From positions 2,029 through 66,028 of the forward strand of contig CALVYP010000003.1 in NCBI GenBank assembly GCA_944372365.1: 64,000 nt of DNA, read 5' to 3'. The stretch's first letter is position 1. The number at the start of each line of letters is the position of its first letter. Source of the stretch: an uncultured Clostridia bacterium (GTDB lineage Bacteria; Bacillota; Clostridia; Christensenellales; UBA1242). The position numbers were made by a program, and so were the translations under genes. Shown here in pieces: positions 27,997 through 37,223 of the stretch. The notes below the pieces were generated by a model. That model did not search any database. It was not told the DNA's origin and saw nothing but the letters and a program-made list of their open reading frames with translations.

Positions 27997-28050
27997 ATTT
28001 TGAAAAATTATGCCATTTCATTTTGAAAAATTTTGCCTTTTTTGTATACT
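27997..28050 (+). promoter_or_regulatory. ppdK promoter region with two 18-nt direct repeats
   Basis: ATTTTGAAAAATTATGCC (27997-28014) and ATTTTGAAAAATTTTGCC (28020-28037). TTGAAA-16 nt-TATACT (28045-28050). Confidence 0.5.
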
Positions 28051-28079
28051 AATTGCGTATCGAAAAAAAGGAGAAATGC

Positions 28080-30707
28080 ATGAAAAAATTTGTTTACGCT
28101 TTTAAAGAAGCAGACGGAAAAAACAAAGCACTTTTTGGTGGTAAAGGTGCAAACCTTGCAGAGATGACACGCCTTGGCATGCCTGTTCCACAAGGGTTTA
28201 TCGTAACCACTGAGGCCTGCACTCAATACTATGCAGACGGCAGAAAAATCAACGATAACATCATGAAGCAGATTGAAACTAAGCTTGCCGAACTTGAAAA
28301 AATCACAGGCAAAAAGTTTGGTGACAAAAACAATCCTCTTCTTGTTTCAGTTCGCTCTGGCGCAAGAGTTTCAATGCCGGGGATGATGGACACAATCTTA
28401 AACCTTGGTCTTAACGACGAAGTTGTTGAAGGTTTGGCAGCTCTCTCAGGCAACCCAAGGTTTGCATACGATTCGTATAGAAGATTTATTCAAATGTTCT
28501 CAGATGTTGTTATGCAACAAGATAAATCTAAGTATGAAAGAATTTTAGATGAAATTAAAGAAAAGAAAGGTGTTAAGTATGATAAAGACCTTTCAGCCGA
28601 TGATTTAAAAGAGATTGTTAAACTCTTCAAGTCGCTTTACAAAAAAGGTCTTGGCGAAGAGTTTCCACAACAGCCAAAAGTTCAGCTTATGGAAGCTGTT
28701 AAAGCTGTGTTCCGTTCTTGGGATAACGACAGGGCAAATGTTTACAGAAGAATGCACGACATTCCATATGAATGGGGCACTGCTGTAAATGTTCAATCAA
28801 TGGTGTTCGGAAACCTTGGTGACGATTCTGGCACAGGCGTTGCGTTCAGCCGTAACCCTGCAACAGGTGAAAACCAATTATATGGTGAATACTTGATGAA
28901 TGCTCAGGGCGAAGATGTTGTTGCGGGAATTAGAACTCCGCTTCCTATTTCAACTCTTAAAGAGCAAAATCCAAAGGTTTATGATGAATTTGTTAGAATT
29001 GCTAAAACCCTTGAAAAACACAATCACGATATGCAGGATATGGAGTTTACCATTGAAAAAGGCAAGCTTTATATGCTTCAAACAAGAAACGGCAAAAGAA
29101 CAGCCAAGGCTGCATTGAAAGTTGCAGTGGATCTTGTTAACGAGAAGATGATCACAGAAAAAGAAGCGCTTCTCATGATTGATCCTAAACAGCTTGATGC
29201 ACTTTTGCATCCTCAATTTGACGCCGCAGCACTCAAAAAAGCGCAGGTTATTGCCGAAGCGCTTCCTGCTTCTCCTGGAGCTGCTTGCGGAAAGATTTGC
29301 TTTACTGCTGAAAAGGCCAAAGAAATGGCTGAAAAGAAAGAAAAAGTTGTGCTTGTTCGTTTGGAAACCTCACCAGAAGACATTGAGGGCATGGCTGCTT
29401 CACAAGGCATTTTAACTGCTAGAGGAGGAATGACTTCTCACGCCGCAGTTGTTGCAAGAGGTATGGGCACTGCATGTGTTGCAGGTTGCAGCGCAATCAA
29501 ATTTGCGCCAGACGGCAAATCATTCACAATTAAAAACAAAACCTTTAAAGAAGGCGATTTAATTGCTTTTGACGGATCAACAGGCAAAATTTATGCTGGC
29601 GCAGTTGCAACAGAGCCTGCAAAAATCTCTGGCGAATTTGCCACAATCATGAAATGGGCTGACGAAAACCGTAAGCTTCAAGTAAGAACAAACGCTGACA
29701 ATCCAAAGGATGCTAAAAACGCTTTTGATTTTGGTGCAGAAGGCATTGGCCTTTGCAGAACAGAGCATATGTTCTTTGACGCAGACAGAATTATGGCTAT
29801 GCGTGAGATGATTGTTGCATCAAATGTAGAAGACAGAAAGAAAGCGCTTGCAAAACTTCTTCCAATGCAAAAGAAGGATTTCAAAGGCTTGTATACAGCA
29901 ATGCAAGGCCGTCCAGTTACAATTCGTTTCTTAGATCCACCTCTTCATGAATTTCTTCCACACACCGACGATGAAATCAAAGTTCTTGCAAAAGAGATGA
30001 ATATTTCTGCTGCTTCACTTAAACAAACGGTTGCCGACCTTCATGAGTTCAACCCAATGATGGGGCACAGAGGTTTGCGTCTTGCTGTAACATATCCTGA
30101 AATTGCCGAAATGCAAACTCAGGCTGTTGTTGAAGCCGCAATCGAAGTTAAAAAATCTCACGGCTATGACATCGTTCCTGAAATCATGATTCCGCTTACA
30201 TGCGACAGCAAAGAATTTAAGTTTGTTCGTGATATCGTTGCAAACAAGGCTGATGAAATCATCGCTAAGAAGAATGCAGATTTGAAATATAAAATCGGCA
30301 CAATGATTGAAATTCCTCGTGCAGCACTCACTGCTGACGAAGTTGCAAAATATGCAGAATTTTTCTCATTTGGCACAAACGACTTAACACAAATGACCTA
30401 TGGTTTCAGCCGTGACGATGCTGGCAAATTCTTGGATGTTTACTATCAAAAGAAGATTTTTGAAAGCGATCCATTTGCTCGCTTGGATCAAAATGGTGTT
30501 GGCAAACTTGTTAAAATGGCTGCTGACCTTGGCAAGTCAACTCGTCCAGACATCAAACTTGGCATATGCGGCGAACATGGCGGAGATCCATCAAGCGTTG
30601 AATTCTGCCACAATGCAGGGCTTAATTATGTTTCATGCTCTCCATTCCGTGTGCCGATCGCAAGGCTTGCTGCTGCTCAGGCAAACATCAAAAATCCAAG
30701 AAAATAA
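28080..30707 (+). CDS. ppdK: Pyruvate, phosphate dikinase
   Basis: GGKGANLAEM, GGMTSHAAVVARG and C-terminal PEP-utilising motifs; 875 aa. RBS GGAG; the track start at 28053 is over-extended. Confidence 0.95.
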   Translation: MKKFVYAFKEADGKNKALFGGKGANLAEMTRLGMPVPQGFIVTTEACTQYYADGRKINDNIMKQIETKLAELEKITGKKFGDKNNPLLVSVRSGARVSMPGMMDTILNLGLNDEVVEGLAALSGNPRFAYDSYRRFIQMFSDVVMQQDKSKYERILDEIKEKKGVKYDKDLSADDLKEIVKLFKSLYKKGLGEEFPQQPKVQLMEAVKAVFRSWDNDRANVYRRMHDIPYEWGTAVNVQSMVFGNLGDDSGTGVAFSRNPATGENQLYGEYLMNAQGEDVVAGIRTPLPISTLKEQNPKVYDEFVRIAKTLEKHNHDMQDMEFTIEKGKLYMLQTRNGKRTAKAALKVAVDLVNEKMITEKEALLMIDPKQLDALLHPQFDAAALKKAQVIAEALPASPGAACGKICFTAEKAKEMAEKKEKVVLVRLETSPEDIEGMAASQGILTARGGMTSHAAVVARGMGTACVAGCSAIKFAPDGKSFTIKNKTFKEGDLIAFDGSTGKIYAGAVATEPAKISGEFATIMKWADENRKLQVRTNADNPKDAKNAFDFGAEGIGLCRTEHMFFDADRIMAMREMIVASNVEDRKKALAKLLPMQKKDFKGLYTAMQGRPVTIRFLDPPLHEFLPHTDDEIKVLAKEMNISAASLKQTVADLHEFNPMMGHRGLRLAVTYPEIAEMQTQAVVEAAIEVKKSHGYDIVPEIMIPLTCDSKEFKFVRDIVANKADEIIAKKNADLKYKIGTMIEIPRAALTADEVAKYAEFFSFGTNDLTQMTYGFSRDDAGKFLDVYYQKKIFESDPFARLDQNGVGKLVKMAADLGKSTRPDIKLGICGEHGGDPSSVEFCHNAGLNYVSCSPFRVPIARLAAAQANIKNPRK

Positions 30708-30720
30708 CAAAAAAATTAAA

Positions 30721-30748
30721 AAAACAGTCAATTTTGGCTGTTTTTTTG
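30721..30748 (+). terminator. Terminator after ppdK
   Basis: ACAGTC/GGCTGT stem (one G-U pair) followed by T7. Confidence 0.65.
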
Positions 30749-30797
30749 TATATTTTGTTATATAAAAATTTTTAGCACTATTTTTTGTTTTATGTGC

Positions 30798-30826
30798 TTT
30801 ACAAAATTATTGTTTTGTGCTATACT
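30798..30826 (+). promoter_or_regulatory. Sigma-A promoter (extended -10) of rpoZ
   Basis: TTTACA-17 nt-(TGc)TATACT. Confidence 0.6.
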
Positions 30827-30859
30827 TAGCCGTGAAATTAAATTTTAGAGGTGTGCAAT

Positions 30860-31054
30860 ATGATGAATTATCCGCCAATTGATGAACTCGTGGCAAAAGT
30901 AGGAAACATTTATGTGCTTTGCAATCTTATCACAAAGCGCGCTAAGCAAATTTCAACGGTAAGAAGGGCTGAGCTTGCAGGAAGCGATAAAAAAGAAATC
31001 AGCATCGCTTGCGAAGAAATTTATCAAGGCAAGGTTGTGCCAAGCGACTTTTAA
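30860..31054 (+). CDS. rpoZ: RNA polymerase omega subunit
   Basis: PPIDELVAKVGNIYVLCNLITKRAKQI.. is typical omega sequence. Start at ATG 30860 (the track gives GTG 30851). Confidence 0.85.
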   Translation: MMNYPPIDELVAKVGNIYVLCNLITKRAKQISTVRRAELAGSDKKEISIACEEIYQGKVVPSDF

Positions 31055-31080
31055 TTGAAATTTATTAAAAATATGATATA

Positions 31081-31111
31081 ATTCTATTGCACAAGGCAAT
31101 AGAATTTTTTT
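31081..31111 (+). terminator. Terminator/attenuator hairpin between rpoZ and priA
   Basis: ATTCTATTGC-acaag-GCAATAGAAT 10-bp stem followed by T7, directly abutting the priA RBS. Confidence 0.7.
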
Positions 31112-31121
31112 AAGGAGCAAT

Positions 31122-33293
31122 ATGTTTGCATCAGTGATTATTGATCAAGATGTTAAAGCGCTTAACAAGGTGTTTGAATATCTTGTTCCGCCGCACATCG
31201 ACATAAATGTTGGCGCAAGAGTAAGCGTGCCATTTGGGCAGCGAATCTTGCAAGGTTTTGTTATTGCTCTTAAAGAAAATTGCGATTATGATGCTTCAAA
31301 AATCAAAAAAATTTATGGCGTGATGGATGATTTTTCATTGATTAAACCAGAGCACATAAAGCTTATGCAATATATGTGTGACGAATTTCATCTAAGGCAA
31401 ACTTCTGTTTTAAGGCTGCTTGTGCCAAGCGAGATTAGAGAAGGCAAGGTTAAAGATTTGTTTGAAAAATACGCCGTGCTTGCAGACTATGACGAGCAAA
31501 GTTTGTCGCGCGCAAAAAAACAGCTTCAAATAATTCAAAAATTGCAGCAAGAAGGCAGAGTTTTGCTTTCTCAACTAAAAAGCCAATTTGGCGACAGCGC
31601 AGTAAAAAGTTTGATTGACAAAAATTTTATAGCAATTCAAAAACAAAAAATAAATCGCGCACCAACATTGATTGATCGTGATGATAAAAATGTTGTGCTT
31701 AATGCTCAGCAACTTCATGCAGTAAAAACCATCAAAGGCGACAAAACTTTTCTTTTGCACGGCGTCACTGGCAGTGGCAAAACCGAAGTTTACATGCACT
31801 TGATTTCACAGGCCCTGCAAGATGGCAAAAGTGCAATCATGCTTGTGCCAGAAATTTCTCTCACGCCGCAAGTTGTTTCAATTTTTCGTGCGCGCTTTGG
31901 TGAAAAAATTGCGCTTCTTCACAGCTCTCTGTCAGCTGGTGAAAGATTTGACGAGTGGCGCAGGATTTTTAGTGGCGAAGCGCAGGTTGTTGTTGGGGCG
32001 AGATCGGCAATCTTCGCGCCTTGCGAAAATGTTGGTGTGATTATCATTGATGAAGAGCACGAACAATCCTACATAAGCGAAGCCAATCCAAGATATAACA
32101 GCCAATTGGTCGCACAATTTAGGGCAAGATACAATCATTGCCCGCTGGTGCTTGGCAGTGCTACACCAAGCATAGACGACTATCAACGCGCATCGCAAGG
32201 AGAAATTGAATTGGTTGAAATGCCGCTTCGTGCGAACGGTAAGCCACTTCCTAGAATTCAAATAATCGACATGATGAACGAGCTTCGCAGCGGCAACGGC
32301 GGAATCTTTTCCACTCAGCTTTTAAGCGATTTGGCAAAGGTGGTAAACGACAAAAAACAGGCCATGATTTTTATCAATCGCCGCGGTTATTCATCGTTTA
32401 TGATGTGCAGAGAGTGTGGATATGTGGCAAAGTGTAATGATTGCGATGTGAGCTTGGTTTATCATCGTGAAGACAACAGGCTTAAATGTCATTATTGCGG
32501 CAAGCAATACAAAGTTTTGGATGTGTGCCCAAATTGCGGATCGGATAGGATCAAGCAAGGGGCAGTTGGCACAGAAAAAATTGTAAGCGAGCTTAAAGCC
32601 ATCTTTAAAGATGTAAAAATCTTGCGCATGGATAATGACACCACATCCAAAAAAAATGCTCACCAAAAATTATTGCAAGAGTTTGCGTCCACCAAGCCTG
32701 CCATTTTGGTTGGAACGCAGATGATCGCCAAAGGGCATGATTTTGAAGATGTGACGCTAGTGGGCATTGTTGACGCTGATCAAAGTTTGTATAGAGCCGA
32801 CTATCGCAGCACCGAGCGTTGTTTTCAGTTGATCACACAGGTCAGTGGTAGAGCTGGGCGAAGCGAAAGCGAAGGCAAGGTGGATTTGCAAACTTATTCG
32901 CCGCGTCATTATGTTTATAAATTTGCAGCAAATTATGACTATAAAGGCTTTTTTAGAAAAGAATCCAACATTCGCAAGACGGCTGCATTTCCGCCTTTTT
33001 CAAAGATAATTCGCATTCTTTTTTGCCACAGCGATGAAAATGTGGTTAAAGATGAGTTAAAATCGTGTTATAATAAATTGTTAAAGGTGAGAGAGCAACA
33101 TTTTGATGACATCATCTATATGGATGCAATGAAATCGCCAATCAAGCGCATAAAAAATTTGTTTAGATATCAAGTGATAATTCGCATGCGGCTTGAAAAC
33201 AGCAAACAAATTGAAGATCAAATTTATGCTTGCACATTAGATGCGCCAAAATCAAGCGTGTTTTTTGAAGTCAATCCAGAAAATATGTCGTAG
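31122..33293 (+). CDS. priA: Primosomal protein N' (PriA helicase)
   Basis: GVTGSGKTEVY, DEEH, and Cys-rich zinc motifs CRECG..CNDCD..CHYCG..CPNCG. Confidence 0.95.
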   Translation: MFASVIIDQDVKALNKVFEYLVPPHIDINVGARVSVPFGQRILQGFVIALKENCDYDASKIKKIYGVMDDFSLIKPEHIKLMQYMCDEFHLRQTSVLRLLVPSEIREGKVKDLFEKYAVLADYDEQSLSRAKKQLQIIQKLQQEGRVLLSQLKSQFGDSAVKSLIDKNFIAIQKQKINRAPTLIDRDDKNVVLNAQQLHAVKTIKGDKTFLLHGVTGSGKTEVYMHLISQALQDGKSAIMLVPEISLTPQVVSIFRARFGEKIALLHSSLSAGERFDEWRRIFSGEAQVVVGARSAIFAPCENVGVIIIDEEHEQSYISEANPRYNSQLVAQFRARYNHCPLVLGSATPSIDDYQRASQGEIELVEMPLRANGKPLPRIQIIDMMNELRSGNGGIFSTQLLSDLAKVVNDKKQAMIFINRRGYSSFMMCRECGYVAKCNDCDVSLVYHREDNRLKCHYCGKQYKVLDVCPNCGSDRIKQGAVGTEKIVSELKAIFKDVKILRMDNDTTSKKNAHQKLLQEFASTKPAILVGTQMIAKGHDFEDVTLVGIVDADQSLYRADYRSTERCFQLITQVSGRAGRSESEGKVDLQTYSPRHYVYKFAANYDYKGFFRKESNIRKTAAFPPFSKIIRILFCHSDENVVKDELKSCYNKLLKVREQHFDDIIYMDAMKSPIKRIKNLFRYQVIIRMRLENSKQIEDQIYACTLDAPKSSVFFEVNPENMS

Positions 33294-33301
33294 GGGGAAA
33301 C

Positions 33302-33775
33302 ATGGCAAAAAGAAAGGTTTTAAAATTTCCAGATGAACGTTTAAGAAAAGTGTCCAAAAAAGTAACCGACTTTGATGATGAGCTTGGCTTGCTTTTAGAT
33401 GATATGCGTGAAACCATGTATGCAAATGACGGCATGGGCTTGGCAGCGCCACAGGTTGGTGTGCCAATTCGTGCGGTGATTATGGATATTTCGGGCAATT
33501 TTTTTGAATTTATAAACCCACAAATTATTCATGCTGAAGGTGAGCAGGAAGACGAAGAAGGCTGCCTTAGTGTTGGCAATTTTAACGACATTGTCAAGCG
33601 TCCGCTTAAAGTCACTGTTCGTGCTCAGGATAGGCTGGGATATGAATATCAAATAACTGGTGAAAAATATTTTGCCAGATGCGTTTGTCATGAGATCGAT
33701 CATCTTGATGGCATTTTGTTTGTCGATAGAAGCAAAAATGGCAAAGAATATATTAAAAAGTATGGTAAAAAATGA
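33302..33775 (+). CDS. def: Peptide deformylase
   Basis: GMGLAAPQVG, EGCLS and HEIDHLDG motifs. Confidence 0.96.
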   Translation: MAKRKVLKFPDERLRKVSKKVTDFDDELGLLLDDMRETMYANDGMGLAAPQVGVPIRAVIMDISGNFFEFINPQIIHAEGEQEDEEGCLSVGNFNDIVKRPLKVTVRAQDRLGYEYQITGEKYFARCVCHEIDHLDGILFVDRSKNGKEYIKKYGKK

Positions 33776-34677
33776 AAATATTGTTTTTAGGTTCTCCAAA
33801 CTTTGCAAAGATTGTGCTTGAAGGCATTTTGCAGGCAGGGCATCAAGTTGTGGCTGTCATTTGTCAACCCGATCGTCCAGCCAGTCGCGGACATAAAATT
33901 GCGATGCCTGCGGTTAAAACTTTTGCACTTGAAAAAGGCATAAAGGTTTTGCAGTTTGATAAAGTAAACAATCATATTGACGAAATCAGCAAGATTGACT
34001 GCGATTTGTTTGTCACAGCTTCGTTTGGGCAGATTTTGTCGCGCGAGTTTTTGTCACTTAAAATGGGAATCAATGTGCATCCATCCTTGCTGCCAAAATT
34101 AAGAGGCGCAACGCCAATTCAAACTGCGCTTTTGTTGGGGCAAAAAACCACCGGCGTTACAATTCAGCGCATGGTTTATCAAATGGATACTGGCGACATC
34201 ATTTTGCAGCAAAGTGTGCAAATAGATGATGAAGATGATTATCTTTCGCTTGAAGGTAAGCTTGCAAAAGTGAGTGTGGGGCTGTTAAATCAAGCGCTTG
34301 ATCAGTTAAAAAATCGCACAGCAAAGTTTACTCCGCAAGCAGGTGAGCCAACTTTTACAAGGCTGATTCAAAAACAGGATGGAAAGCTTGATTTCAATCA
34401 AACCGCGTTTGAAAATGTTTGTAAGGTTAAAGCACTTGCCCTCAACCCCGGTGCGTATTTCGAAATAGGCGGGCAGCGCATAAAAGTGCTTAAAGCAGCC
34501 GTGGAGGCTGACAACATTTTATATCAGCCGAAAGATATCGTTAAAGATAAAAACAAATTTTTAATTAAATGCAAAAACTCCGTTTTGCAAATTTTGTCAC
34601 TTATCAGCCCGTCTGGCAAAACCATGGATGGCAAAGCGTTTTTAAATGGGCTGCACAACACAGAAAAGGTGGATTAA
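33772..34677 (+). CDS. fmt: Methionyl-tRNA formyltransferase
   Basis: Conserved sequence (HPSLLPKLRGATPIQ); overlaps the def stop. Confidence 0.95.
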   Translation: MKILFLGSPNFAKIVLEGILQAGHQVVAVICQPDRPASRGHKIAMPAVKTFALEKGIKVLQFDKVNNHIDEISKIDCDLFVTASFGQILSREFLSLKMGINVHPSLLPKLRGATPIQTALLLGQKTTGVTIQRMVYQMDTGDIILQQSVQIDDEDDYLSLEGKLAKVSVGLLNQALDQLKNRTAKFTPQAGEPTFTRLIQKQDGKLDFNQTAFENVCKVKALALNPGAYFEIGGQRIKVLKAAVEADNILYQPKDIVKDKNKFLIKCKNSVLQILSLISPSGKTMDGKAFLNGLHNTEKVD

Positions 34678-35703
34678 ATGCTGCTTGATCTTTCTTTTAA
34701 ACAAATTCAAGAGTATGCAGAGCAAAAGCATCTTCCAAAATTTAGGGGGAAGCAGATTTTTGATGCAATTTTAAATGCAAAACCTGCCAGTCAAACAAAT
34801 CTTCCAAAACAGGTTTTGCAGCAGATTGAAAGCGACTATCCACATTTTGAAATTGTAAAAAAACTCATCTCCAAAGATGGCACAATAAAATATGCCTTGC
34901 GCATGGGCGACGGGCAGGTGATTGAAAGCGTGCTTATGCATCATGACTATGGCACAACGCTTTGCGTGTCGTCGCAAGTTGGCTGCGCTATGGGGTGTAA
35001 ATTTTGCGCCTCTTCACTTAACGGCCTTGTAAGAAATCTCTCTGCTGGCGAAATTTTGCAGCAGGTGGCAATGGTTAACAAGGATTTGGGTGGCAGTGTT
35101 AAAAAGCGCGCGATAACCAATATTGTGCTTATGGGCATGGGCGAACCGCTTGATAACTATCAAAATGTCACAAAATTTTTGCAGCTTGCATGCGATGAAG
35201 ATTCTTTTAATTTCAGCCAGCGAAACATCACTCTTTCAACTTGCGGCATAGTGCCTAAAATCTATCAGCTTGCCGATGACGGATTTAGCGTCACGCTTAC
35301 AATTTCACTTCACGCGGTAAGTGATGCAAAACGCAAAAAAACCATGCCGATTGCAAATAAATATTCAATCAAACAAATAATTTCAGCCTGCAAATACTAT
35401 TTCAACAAAACTGGCAGGCGCATAAGTTTTGAATACGCCTTGATTGCGGATGAAAATGACAGCATGCAGGATGCAGAAAAACTTGCGCATCTGGTTAGAG
35501 GGCTTAATTGCCATATAAATGTGATTCCGCTTAACGATGTTAAAGAGCGCGGCCTAAAAGGCACTCAAATTAAAAAGGCGTATGCTTTTGTTGAAAAGTT
35601 AAACTCTCTTGGCGTAAATGCAACCAAGCGTCGCAGCATGGGCGAGGATATTGCAGGCGCGTGCGGACAACTTAGGCAAAGCGTTGTAAAGGAGGAGTCA
35701 TGA
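34678..35703 (+). CDS. rlmN: 23S rRNA/tRNA A2503 methyltransferase RlmN (radical SAM)
   Basis: SSQVGCAMGCKFCAS.. radical-SAM cluster motif; length is typical. Confidence 0.92.
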   Translation: MLLDLSFKQIQEYAEQKHLPKFRGKQIFDAILNAKPASQTNLPKQVLQQIESDYPHFEIVKKLISKDGTIKYALRMGDGQVIESVLMHHDYGTTLCVSSQVGCAMGCKFCASSLNGLVRNLSAGEILQQVAMVNKDLGGSVKKRAITNIVLMGMGEPLDNYQNVTKFLQLACDEDSFNFSQRNITLSTCGIVPKIYQLADDGFSVTLTISLHAVSDAKRKKTMPIANKYSIKQIISACKYYFNKTGRRISFEYALIADENDSMQDAEKLAHLVRGLNCHINVIPLNDVKERGLKGTQIKKAYAFVEKLNSLGVNATKRRSMGEDIAGACGQLRQSVVKEES

Positions 35704-36545
35704 AAGGGCTGGTTGAAAAAAAGAACGCTGGCAGGTTTATTGTGTCTGGCATAGATTGCGTGGCAAGGGGAAATTTAAAGGACAACGGCATTTTTGTGGG
35801 CGATAAGGTTGAGTTTGATAAAAACCAGCGCATAATTAAAAATGTTTTGCCAAGAAAAAACTTGCTTATTAGGCCGCCGCTTGCAAACCTTGATAGGCTT
35901 ATCATTGTTGTTGCGCCAGTGCCAAAGCCAGATTTTATGCTGGTTGATAAATTGCTTATTTTTTGCAAAAAAAACAACATAAAAGCGGTTATTTGTGTGA
36001 ATAAAAGTGATATTTTAACCGCTCAGCTAAGAGAAGTCATTCAAAACACCTATTCAAAAGTTGCAGACATAATTTATGTAAGCGCAAAGAATGGTGATGT
36101 CAGTTTGCTTGCAGAGCAAATCAATGGCATCTGTGCGTTCGCAGGGCAAAGCGCAGTTGGCAAAAGCTCACTGCTGAATGCGATGCACGGTGAAATTAAA
36201 GAGCAGGTTGGTGATTTAGCCAAAAAAACCTTGCGAGGCAAGCAAACCACACGGCTTGTAAGTTTATATAAATTTGGCAAAGGTTACATCGCCGACACGG
36301 CTGGTTTTTCTAAGTTTGATGAAACTCTTTTGCAGATTGATGAAAGAAAACTTGCCCAGTTCTATCCAGACTTTACGCCGTATCTAGGCGATTGTGAATA
36401 TCTTTCTTGCACTCACACCAATGAAAAAAAATGTGCGATAAAAAATAGTGCCGCTCGCGGCAAAATTTCAGCACTCAGATATGAAAATTATTTAAAAATA
36501 TATCAAACAATAAAGGAGAACAAGCGCTATGAAAAAAAAGGTTGA
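35700..36545 (+). CDS. rsgA: Ribosome small-subunit-dependent GTPase A
   Basis: Circularly permuted GTPase (VNKSD .. GQSAVGKSSL) with a C-terminal Cys/His cluster. Confidence 0.9.
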   Translation: MKGLVEKKNAGRFIVSGIDCVARGNLKDNGIFVGDKVEFDKNQRIIKNVLPRKNLLIRPPLANLDRLIIVVAPVPKPDFMLVDKLLIFCKKNNIKAVICVNKSDILTAQLREVIQNTYSKVADIIYVSAKNGDVSLLAEQINGICAFAGQSAVGKSSLLNAMHGEIKEQVGDLAKKTLRGKQTTRLVSLYKFGKGYIADTAGFSKFDETLLQIDERKLAQFYPDFTPYLGDCEYLSCTHTNEKKCAIKNSAARGKISALRYENYLKIYQTIKENKRYEKKG

Positions 36546-37194
36546 TATTGCAGTTGCAACCGATCCTGTAAAAGATCCATATGACATCATCGAATATGCC
36601 AAGCAGTTGCAAGGCTGTATAGAATTTTTGCATTGTGATGTGATGGATGGAAATTTTGTTGCTAAAAAAAGTTTGGATGCCGAGATGGTTAAACTCATAA
36701 ATTCGCAAACAGCTCTGCCGCTTGATGTGCACATCATGGCAACCGAGCCAAGCAAAAAACTTATTGATGAGTATATCAATGCAGGTGCAAATATTGTAAC
36801 TTTGCATTTTGAGGCATACAAAGACAAAAAACAACTGCTAGGCGCGCTTTCATATATACGCAAAAAACACGCGCTTGCTGGGCTTTCCATCAAGCCTGAC
36901 AGTGCGTTGATTGATGTAAAAAGTTTCCTTTACTATGCAGATGTAATTTTGCTTATGGGCGTTATGCCGGGCGCAAGCGGGCAGGAGATTAAATCAAACA
37001 CCTTTGACAGATTAAAAAAGATTGCAAAATTCCGCCAAGACAACAAACTCTCATTTAAAATTGAAGTCGACGGCGGGGTTAATGATCAAAACGCTCACCT
37101 GTTGGCAGAACTTGGCGCGGACATTTTGGTGAGCGGAAGTTATGTTTTTAACGCTAAGGATAGAGAAAAAGCGATAAAAAGTTTAAGAAAATAA
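36529..37194 (+). CDS. rpe: Ribulose-phosphate 3-epimerase
   Basis: LHCDVMDGNFV.., VDGGV. Confidence 0.9.
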   Translation: MKKKVDIAVATDPVKDPYDIIEYAKQLQGCIEFLHCDVMDGNFVAKKSLDAEMVKLINSQTALPLDVHIMATEPSKKLIDEYINAGANIVTLHFEAYKDKKQLLGALSYIRKKHALAGLSIKPDSALIDVKSFLYYADVILLMGVMPGASGQEIKSNTFDRLKKIAKFRQDNKLSFKIEVDGGVNDQNAHLLAELGADILVSGSYVFNAKDREKAIKSLRK

Positions 37195-37223
37195 AAAACG
37201 ACTTTGAAAAGTCGGTTTTTTTT
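37193..37223. terminator. Bidirectional terminator between rpe and the MFS gene
   Basis: CGACTTT-gaa-AAGTCG stem flanked by an A-run and a T-run. Confidence 0.75.
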
